From: an uncultured virus (IMG/VR IMGVR_UViG_3300036715_002448)
Lineage: Duplodnaviria; Heunggongvirae; Uroviricota; Caudoviricetes
Virus record (IMG/VR): IMGVR_UViG_3300036715_002448
Coordinates: 1-64,000 of that record
Direction: 5' to 3' (one strand)
Length of the DNA stretch: 64,000 bases
A program made the position numbers and the translations under genes. Under the pieces are notes generated by a model. That model did no database searches. It worked only from the letters and a program-made list of their open reading frames with translations, and was not told the origin of the DNA. Of the stretch, positions 57,383-64,000 are shown in pieces. The first letter of the stretch is position 1, and every line of letters begins with the position of its first letter.

Positions 57383-57631
57383 TTATAATTTGTTTAATGG
57401 AACTTCATCAATCTTTTTAAAAATTATTCGCTTTTTATCAACTCTTTCCGAAGGCAAACATTTAGGACAATTTTGAGTAAACAATGACCTAAAAATACAA
57501 CCAGCACATCCATAATATGCTTCTGTTATTTGTACTTTGGCGAGATGGTCAACATATTTAACATAAGCCAAGCTTCCTAAAGACCAATCTGTCCCAGCAT
57601 ACTGTGTTAATTCTTTGTTTATTACTGACAT
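57383..57631 (-). CDS. Small Cys-rich protein
   Basis: CAGCIF...C...C...ERVDKKRIIFKK. Confidence 0.6.
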   Translation of the reverse strand: MSVINKELTQYAGTDWSLGSLAYVKYVDHLAKVQITEAYYGCAGCIFRSLFTQNCPKCLPSERVDKKRIIFKKIDEVPLNKL

Positions 57632-57690
57632 ATTTAAAATATATTACAAAACAATTTTTCTGAAAAACTTTTGATGTTCATGTTTTTAAA

Positions 57691-58122
57691 TTAATGATTA
57701 GCACAGATTGGACCAAGACCTCTTTCAATACTTTTAGCATCAGTTAATTTCTTTCCACAACAAAGACATTTGCCAGTATGCATGAGTTCAATGTTATTGT
57801 CCAGGTAATCGAATTCTTTACGTTCTACTTTATCTAATACGAATGCTATTGCAATTGCTGAAGGAGTGTTAACGATTGATTTTTTGTTAAAAATCTTGCC
57901 ATTAAAATAAGTTCCAACTCGTTTGAATTTTGAGTACTCAGTTTCAACTTTAACGTGAGTGTACCAATTACCATTGAATTCAGAACGAGAAATTCGGTAA
58001 GTGTAATCTTTGCCGGTTCTCTTTGACTTAATAGTGAATTCGGCACCATTGTTATTTTTTTCTGAAGAAAGTGTTGCACCTAATGCATAAGAAGAAATGA
58101 GATGAGAATTAGCCGAGTTCAT
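57691..58122 (-). CDS. DUF6011-like Zn-finger protein
   Basis: CLCCGKKLTDAKSIERGLGPIC; FTIKSKRTGKDYTY. Confidence 0.75.
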   Translation of the reverse strand: MNSANSHLISSYALGATLSSEKNNNGAEFTIKSKRTGKDYTYRISRSEFNGNWYTHVKVETEYSKFKRVGTYFNGKIFNKKSIVNTPSAIAIAFVLDKVERKEFDYLDNNIELMHTGKCLCCGKKLTDAKSIERGLGPICANH

Positions 58123-58148
58123 AATGAAGTATTATTATGTATGATTAA

Positions 58149-58168
58149 TTTGATGTATAAAAATAATA
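58149..58168 (-). promoter_or_regulatory. 20-bp element duplicated upstream of two adjacent genes
   Basis: TATTATTTTTATACATCAAA, identical at 59048-59067. Confidence 0.5.
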
Positions 58169-58227
58169 TTTTTTCACAAAATAATACTTCAAATATAGTT
58201 AAACTTTGTTAAAAGTAAAGTTAAAAT

Positions 58228-58467
58228 TTATTTCTTTGTTTCAGCATAAATAATGTAGTATGCACTAACTACATTTATAACAAAGAAAAAACCAAATAAA
58301 AAAGTACTTTAATTAAAAATAGGATTTAACAATGGAATTCCAGCAAAACCATTAATTTCCATTTTAGAATAATGAAAAAATAATTCTACTGCCCAAACTA
58401 TGGCACTTAGTACATTAAATGCCATAAAGAAAATAACTAATAAACCGTGAAAAATTTCACTCTTCAT
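58228..58467 (-). pseudogene. Hydrophobic ORF with in-frame TAA at 58309-58311
   Basis: MKSEIFHGLLVIFFMAF...PIFN*STFLFGFFFVINVV... Confidence 0.4.
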
Positions 58468-58473
58468 TTTGTT

Positions 58474-59034
58474 TTATTTAATGATAAAATTCTTGACAAT
58501 TAAATTTTGTACTAAATGATTACCTTTTTTGTTAAAGTATGGTGTTCTTGCTTCTACTTCTAAAACTACGTAGTGTCCTTTTATACGTTTTCCAACATTT
58601 CCTATCATAGGTAGTACATATTCATAACCTCCATATTCAGCTTTTTTATAAGTTCCTTTGGCAAAAATAACATTATAAATCAAACCAGAAGGTTCATATT
58701 GTTTATAGTATGCGAATTTTTCTACTCGATAATCATCATAAAAAACAGTTAGGTTTTTAACAAAAAGAATTTCAACTTTATGAATTTCATTAGGAGTTAA
58801 CGAAGGAATTGAAATAAGCTTATTGTTTTTGTCTGTTGTATATTTTTCAATTTCATCATAATATACAACAGACATATCTTGGGCAATACTTTTTAGTTTG
58901 TCAATGGTACAAGTGTCTTTTAACCAAAGAAAATAATCAATGTCTATGTCGTAAATCTCTTTTAGTGTTTTACCTTGATATTTACCATAAGGATAAATAG
59001 TATCTTCGCCTTTAAAATCTATTCTTGTTGCCAT
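58474..59034 (-). CDS. Protein with N-terminal PYGKYxG (DUF3820-like) domain
   Basis: YPYGKYQGKTLKEI...DYFLW. Confidence 0.6.
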   Translation of the reverse strand: MATRIDFKGEDTIYPYGKYQGKTLKEIYDIDIDYFLWLKDTCTIDKLKSIAQDMSVVYYDEIEKYTTDKNNKLISIPSLTPNEIHKVEILFVKNLTVFYDDYRVEKFAYYKQYEPSGLIYNVIFAKGTYKKAEYGGYEYVLPMIGNVGKRIKGHYVVLEVEARTPYFNKKGNHLVQNLIVKNFIIK

Positions 59035-59108
59035 AACTTTAATTAATTTTGATGTATAAAAATAATAAAATTATCCTATATATAAAAATACTGCACAAAA
59101 AGTTTTGC

Positions 59109-59519
59109 TTATTTAACCTTATTTAACCATTCATTTATTATTTTAAGGTCATTAATATGTTTTTCTTTAGATGGTGAATTATTATAAATGTATTTATTTT
59201 TTGCATTTATCAAATTATAAATATCGCCACATTTAATAAGTCCTATCATTTGTCTGTTTTCTAATGAATACAAAATGTCTAAGTTAATATTTAATAGTGG
59301 ATTCTTATAAGCAACGGAATTGATCGTTTTTCCTTGTGTTTGAATCCAACCTTCGGGAATTTTCAAATCTAATTCAATTATAGGTTTGTCAACTATAATG
59401 TCTATGTCCGCGTTTTTCCTGCCTAGGTCAATACCAAGCAATTGTAAAAAAAGAGAGCCACTAAGCGCTGCATCGTGACTCTCGTTTAATTTAATTATTT
59501 CTTTTGCAATATTTAGCAA
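59109..59519 (-). CDS. Minimal nucleotidyltransferase-fold protein
   Basis: LSGSLFL...ADIDIIV, LDIL, KHINDL. Confidence 0.6.
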   Translation of the reverse strand: MLNIAKEIIKLNESHDAALSGSLFLQLLGIDLGRKNADIDIIVDKPIIELDLKIPEGWIQTQGKTINSVAYKNPLLNINLDILYSLENRQMIGLIKCGDIYNLINAKNKYIYNNSPSKEKHINDLKIINEWLNKVK

Positions 59520-59526
59520 GTTCGTA

Positions 59527-59973
59527 TTATCTTATTTTTTTTTCAATATCCCATTGTATTCTTTCTAATGGTTTTTCATCACCACCGTTTTTGTAAATTT
59601 GTTTCCTTACATAGTCAATAAGTCCTGGTTCATATCTGGCATTTTGGGCCATTTCAAAAGACTCTCCATAGCTATTATCTGCCATAGATTTAATCCATTT
59701 GTTGTAACTTGTTTGATTCCATGAAGAACTACCACCTCCTCTAATTTTCTTAAATTTTTCTATTGCATTTTTATCTGGTGGCGTAGCCTTTACTTTAGTT
59801 GACATAAATTTTTTATCACCAGAAATATAAACATCAAATCCATGATGAGGTTCTACTTCTTCTATATAATAATCTTTACCTTCTGTGTGCACTGTACCTC
59901 CTAACATCGGGTGGTTTTTTTCATTTATTTCTGACTCATTAACAAAATCAGAAAATCTTAAAAAATTTTCCAT
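59527..59973 (-). CDS. Leader-tagged hypothetical protein
   Basis: MENFLRFSDFVNESEINE. Confidence 0.7.
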   Translation of the reverse strand: MENFLRFSDFVNESEINEKNHPMLGGTVHTEGKDYYIEEVEPHHGFDVYISGDKKFMSTKVKATPPDKNAIEKFKKIRGGGSSSWNQTSYNKWIKSMADNSYGESFEMAQNARYEPGLIDYVRKQIYKNGGDEKPLERIQWDIEKKIR

Positions 59974-59982
59974 TGTATATTT

Positions 59983-61473
59983 TTATTTTTCGAATTTTAT
60001 TCCCATGTGATTATTACCTTTAGCTTCTCTTGGGTTATATTCACCGTCAAAACTAGAACAAGTAAAAGTTTTGTAAGGATTTATACTTACACCAAGAATT
60101 TCCATAAATTTACGATTTACTAAAAATTTAGTACTTTTATCAGTTCTATCAACTAATGATACTAATACATTTTTATACCTTTTACCTAAAAATACAACAT
60201 CCATTTCAATTATTGGCCTTTCGTGTACATTAGGTCCTACTTCAGCATTAGAAATTCCTACTACTTTACTTGTAAAATGTTTTCCATTAATAGACCATTC
60301 AACAGTTTTCTTATTATCTGAAACTTCCATTTTATCATAAGTCATTGAACAAGAAATAGCACCATTACCTGTATCAAATTTGGCTACAAATTCACCAATT
60401 CCTGGAACTTGAACAACTTCACGGAATCCAATAACTTTTCTTGAACGAATCCAGTTAGACTTATCGGTAAAATAGTCAATTATATTTTTAACCACATCTA
60501 TTCCTGTAGCATCTTTAAGTCCTTGTGTACCTGGTGAAGAATTAACTTCTAACACGTAATTTTGTTTTGATTTTTTATCAACAATAATATCTACACCAGC
60601 CCAATTACATCCAACTGCCCTCGCTGCATCAATTGCCATTTGTGATTGCTCTGGTGTTATTTTAACCTTTTCTGCTTTTCCACCTAAAGAAACATTTGTA
60701 CGAAAATCTTTATCAATTTTATTTCTACGCATAAAACCTAAAACAACAGAGTCATCTTCAGAAGGTTTTGGTGAATTAAATTTACGAGTAAGAACATGTA
60801 TTCTTAAATCATAGTCGGAGTCAATTTTTTCTTGAATAAGAGTTTCGATATCTGCGTCAACTTTCCAAAGTGTTTGAAGAACTGATTTAAGAGAAGCTTC
60901 CGATTCAATAACAGAAACACCAATACCATGTGAACCAGATAACATTTTAAGAATAACTGGAAATTTTCCACCTATTTTTTTAACAGCTCCATCGATAGAG
61001 TCCTCCCCGTTGATTAGCGCTGTTCTTGGTGTTTGAATTCCGGAATTTTCTAGGATTTTTGCAGTAACCCATTTATTTTCACAATTTAAAGTAGATTGTA
61101 AAGTATTAACTACAAAGAAATTTAAGTCTTCTAATCTTTCTACTAAGTCACGTGTACGAGTATTTCTTACAATACCGCGGCGTGTTAAAATTGCTGTATA
61201 ATCTGAATCAATTTTTACAGAATTTTCTTTATCTGCTAAAAGTAATCCACCATTTTTTAAAATTGTTAAAGTTGCTGTATTAATATCAATTACATAAAAA
61301 GGAATTCCTCTAGAATCACATTCCTTTTTAACAGCAGGAACAGTATAAGATTCTTCGCTAACATTTGATAAAAGAACAATTTCTGCTTTTTGTTTTTTAG
61401 AAGCATTTGTTTTTTTTACAGTATTTATTGCTTCATTTACAAACTCGTCATAATAGTTAAATTTATTTTTCAT
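59983..61473 (-). CDS. Leader-tagged RimK-like ATP-grasp ligase fused to retropepsin-like protease
   Basis: FPVILK..SGSHGIGV, IQEKI, DFRTNVSLGG, GVDI, LEVNSSPG; AKFDTGN...RPII...LVDR; leader FNYYDEFVNE. Confidence 0.85.
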   Translation of the reverse strand: MKNKFNYYDEFVNEAINTVKKTNASKKQKAEIVLLSNVSEESYTVPAVKKECDSRGIPFYVIDINTATLTILKNGGLLLADKENSVKIDSDYTAILTRRGIVRNTRTRDLVERLEDLNFFVVNTLQSTLNCENKWVTAKILENSGIQTPRTALINGEDSIDGAVKKIGGKFPVILKMLSGSHGIGVSVIESEASLKSVLQTLWKVDADIETLIQEKIDSDYDLRIHVLTRKFNSPKPSEDDSVVLGFMRRNKIDKDFRTNVSLGGKAEKVKITPEQSQMAIDAARAVGCNWAGVDIIVDKKSKQNYVLEVNSSPGTQGLKDATGIDVVKNIIDYFTDKSNWIRSRKVIGFREVVQVPGIGEFVAKFDTGNGAISCSMTYDKMEVSDNKKTVEWSINGKHFTSKVVGISNAEVGPNVHERPIIEMDVVFLGKRYKNVLVSLVDRTDKSTKFLVNRKFMEILGVSINPYKTFTCSSFDGEYNPREAKGNNHMGIKFEK

Positions 61474-62020
61474 TATTTCGTTTAATATATTTTATAATTT
61501 TTTTATTTTGTCTTAAAATTTTTTCTTTTATTTCCGCAGTAAATCTATAAGATGAATCAACAATTTTACTATTAATTTCTTTACTATCTTTTATATAAGT
61601 TTCAAAACACTTGTCACAAGTAAAATTCCTTGCCGTAATTTGATTTATTTTTGAAATTATTGGTTTGTTACAATACGCACAATGCCATGGATATTCTTTA
61701 TATGTTCTTTTTATATATTCTTTAGATGATACTTCTTTTGTTTCAGGATTGAAATAAATTCTATTAATTTTTTGGTATTTTAAATTTTCTCTTTCTATCT
61801 TAAAAATACATTTAAGAAACAAATCATCCTCTAAATACTTAGCTATTACTTTGTTATAATCAAGTATCATTTTATAAGAAGTAGGAATACCAACTAATGA
61901 TATTCCATGTTTTGATTTGCTTCCTTTTATTTTCTTTTTAACTATAGTAACATTACCAATACGAATAGAACCAGTACCAAATTGGTTGCCATATTTAATC
62001 CAACTATTATTGTTAGCCAT
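61463..62020 (-). CDS. Hypothetical Zn-finger protein
   Basis: CAYC...CDKC. Confidence 0.55.
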   Translation of the reverse strand: MANNNSWIKYGNQFGTGSIRIGNVTIVKKKIKGSKSKHGISLVGIPTSYKMILDYNKVIAKYLEDDLFLKCIFKIERENLKYQKINRIYFNPETKEVSSKEYIKRTYKEYPWHCAYCNKPIISKINQITARNFTCDKCFETYIKDSKEINSKIVDSSYRFTAEIKEKILRQNKKIIKYIKRNNEK

Positions 62021-63395
62021 AAATCATTAAATCATCAAGTTGTTTTCCTATATCATTTATTATAAAATCAGTGGTTAACGTTTCCATTTCTAATTCTAGT
62101 AAAAGTGTGTGAATTTCATCCATTGTTACACCTTCATTTTTTGCCGACTCTATTTTATTTCGTAATGCGGCCATTTTGCTAGCTAATTCATTTCTTCCAG
62201 CTTGTACAGTTTTAAAAGTATCATGTAATTGGGCTATTTCCTTTTCGCTTAATTTGCCCATTGCTTTAGAATCACTCATCGTATTAGTTAATTCTTTAAG
62301 TTTTTTAGCAAGATTATCCTTTTTAACTCTTAAAACAGCATGTTCGTTTCTTAATGATTTAATTTCATCCGTATCTTTATCATCTTCTTTTTCTGCATAA
62401 ATATCTCTTTGGTCAGTTGGTTTTATTTTTTTAGCGGCTTCTATTTCATCAGCTTTATCTTTAGCTTCTTTATCTAATTTTTCTGCCTCTTCTCTTTTAG
62501 ATTTATCTCCAGGAGATTCTTCTAATTTGTTTTCTTGTTTTCCGGTTTCTTCAGGTTTTTTAATAGAGCTACCATTGCTGGCATTACCAGCTTCATTATT
62601 TATAACTGATATATCATTTGAATTAGTTTCTGTTTTACCTCTTTTATCTACTTCAGCCTCATTTTTTTCAGATTCACCAAGTTTTTTTTTCGCTTCCTCT
62701 AATCGAGATGTTATTTCCCTTAGTGATTCATTACTTATATGAGCCTTCGACAATTCTTGTAAAAATTTTACTTTGTATTTAAGTTTTTTAGATGTTATAT
62801 ATGCTTTTAAATATGGATTTTCATCCTCTGTCATAGCATTTAAAAAATCTATTTGAGCTTTAATAGAATAAGAATTTGATTTTTGCAATTTCTTGTATTT
62901 GTCCTCCAAAGTTTTAACAACTTCCTTTAACGATTCTATTTTTTTAGTTTCACGGTCAGACGGTTCTTCATCTTTATTAGGACCAGTAGTTCCTTTAGGT
63001 TCTTCATCTTTATTAGGACCAGTAGTTCCTTTAGGTTCTTCATCTTTATTAGGACCAGTAGTTCCTTTAGGTTCTTCATCTTTATTAGGACCAGTAGTTC
63101 CTTTAGGTTCTTCATCTTTATGTGATAATGCTTTTTTCTTTTTTCTTAATACATATAATGCATTATCTATTGATTTATTCTTTTTTGCAATAGCAGGATT
63201 TCTTCCAGGATTTTTTTGTTTTTTAGATATTAAACTAGCTATTTTATCATCTAAGCTATCTTCCGATTCAAAAAGTACTCCTTCACATAATAATTCTTGG
63301 ATTATTTCTAATTCTTTTTGTTCAGAAAGTTCATAAGACTCAAATAAAATTCGGTCATATTCTTTTATTAAAAAATTACTTAATTGTTCTTTCAT
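62013..63395 (-). CDS. Charged coiled-coil protein with many [ILV]xE sites (prohead core/internal protein candidate)
   Basis: ILFESYELSE...LLCEGVLFES; K/E-rich; 12-aa tandem repeat. Confidence 0.5.
   Translation of the reverse strand: MKEQLSNFLIKEYDRILFESYELSEQKELEIIQELLCEGVLFESEDSLDDKIASLISKKQKNPGRNPAIAKKNKSIDNALYVLRKKKKALSHKDEEPKGTTGPNKDEEPKGTTGPNKDEEPKGTTGPNKDEEPKGTTGPNKDEEPSDRETKKIESLKEVVKTLEDKYKKLQKSNSYSIKAQIDFLNAMTEDENPYLKAYITSKKLKYKVKFLQELSKAHISNESLREITSRLEEAKKKLGESEKNEAEVDKRGKTETNSNDISVINNEAGNASNGSSIKKPEETGKQENKLEESPGDKSKREEAEKLDKEAKDKADEIEAAKKIKPTDQRDIYAEKEDDKDTDEIKSLRNEHAVLRVKKDNLAKKLKELTNTMSDSKAMGKLSEKEIAQLHDTFKTVQAGRNELASKMAALRNKIESAKNEGVTMDEIHTLLLELEMETLTTDFIINDIGKQLDDLMIYG
62962..63121. 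repeat. Perfect 36-bp coding tandem repeat, 4 copies plus a partial
   Basis: Unit GGTTCTTCATCTTTATTAGGACCAGTAGTTCCTTTA encodes KDEEPKGTTGPN on the minus strand. Confidence 0.95.
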
Positions 63396-63411
63396 ATTTT
63401 TATTTGATTTT

Positions 63412-63930
63412 TTATCTCCAAGTTGGTATTAAATTTGACAATCCAGGTAATTCAGTTCCTTCTAATTTAGCAATTTGTGCTTTTTTATCTGCTATATCTA
63501 AAAACATTTCTAATTCTTTTTTATGCATATCGTAAATATGTTGTAATGCAGCTTTTGCTTTTCCTCTAGTAAAAAGATACATTAAATATTTAAAAGCACC
63601 ACCTGTAGCTTTGGTTGTTTTTTTAATAACAGAAGCTCCGGCATTAAATACAGATGATGCATCCAAGTCTCCAATTGGAACTGATCCACTACTTCCTCGT
63701 TCATTTAATGCTTCATAATTTTCTTCAAAACTTTCTAACAAATAATTCATAGTAGAGTTACTTATAGATTCAGTCATAATACCTGACGCCGAATACTGTG
63801 TAAGCATCAAATAATTAATAAGTTCTTTCATTTCATCTGTCGTAGGTTTGTATTGATATTGACTACAAAGTTTAGAAAATTGGCTTATATCCATTTGTAG
63901 GCCAATTATAAGTGAGGGTTTTGCAAACAT
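63412..63930 (-). CDS. Late hypothetical protein with LxE sites
   Basis: MTES, YLLES, ALNE; late promoter at 63949-63962. Confidence 0.55.
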   Translation of the reverse strand: MFAKPSLIIGLQMDISQFSKLCSQYQYKPTTDEMKELINYLMLTQYSASGIMTESISNSTMNYLLESFEENYEALNERGSSGSVPIGDLDASSVFNAGASVIKKTTKATGGAFKYLMYLFTRGKAKAALQHIYDMHKKELEMFLDIADKKAQIAKLEGTELPGLSNLIPTWR

Positions 63931-64000
63931 AACTTAACTAATTTATTGTTTATTTATATATCATAGAATTTTTTGACACTATTTATAGTACTTAATAAAA

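Noticed and set aside
11613-58079. Nested minus-strand alternative-frame ORFs (11613-11834, 50312-50542, 52642-52848, 57846-58079)
   Set aside because: Fully inside better-supported genes, with no motifs or initiation signals
62962-63121. 36-bp repeats resembling a CRISPR array
   Set aside because: Units are contiguous with no spacers, in frame within a CDS, and no cas genes are nearby
894-63336. All plus-strand ORFs in the track (e.g. 33439-34272, 14015-14500, 56514-56972)
   Set aside because: Antisense shadows of well-supported minus-strand genes, with no recognisable motifs

Overview
AT-rich segment of a large T4-like (jumbo-type) myophage. Nearly every real gene is on the minus strand, and the host is probably Bacteroidota (TAnnTTTG promoters, DUF4494/DUF6549/BT0820-like genes, A-rich leaders without SD). 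All family calls come from motif recognition by eye, not searches. Layout: (i) 1-15.8 kb, an array of about 25 mostly unrelated genes that nearly all begin with the same leader, MKNLxx[FY]xEFLNE. This resembles the T4 internal-protein capsid-targeting sequence. Tagged cargo includes two Pol-beta-type nucleotidyltransferases, an HxGH transferase, a P-loop kinase, a ParB/Srx domain, a PD-(D/E)XK-like nuclease and a KxDG ligase-like enzyme, which suggests a packaged and injected enzyme kit. (ii) 16-31 kb, glycosyltransferases flanking G-x-T-rich tail-fibre genes. (iii) 31-57 kb, core genes: ECF-like sigma, tape measure, gp26/gp51-like pair, topoisomerase II, tail tube, sheath, terminase, neck, RNase H and clamp loader. 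(iv) 57-64 kb, small early-type genes, a RimK-retropepsin fusion and more leader-tagged genes. Three genes are fractured by naturally split inteins (ligase-like, topo II gp52-like, TerL). Two still carry an intervening Vsr-like endonuclease gene; the third keeps only a 90-nt fossil of it. Three promoter classes are visible: late GATATATA(A)ATAAA, AAAC-N16-CATATAAT, and host-type TATATTTG. A candidate -2 programmed frameshift joins the gp26-like and gp51-like ORFs. No tRNA, rRNA or CRISPR array was seen.
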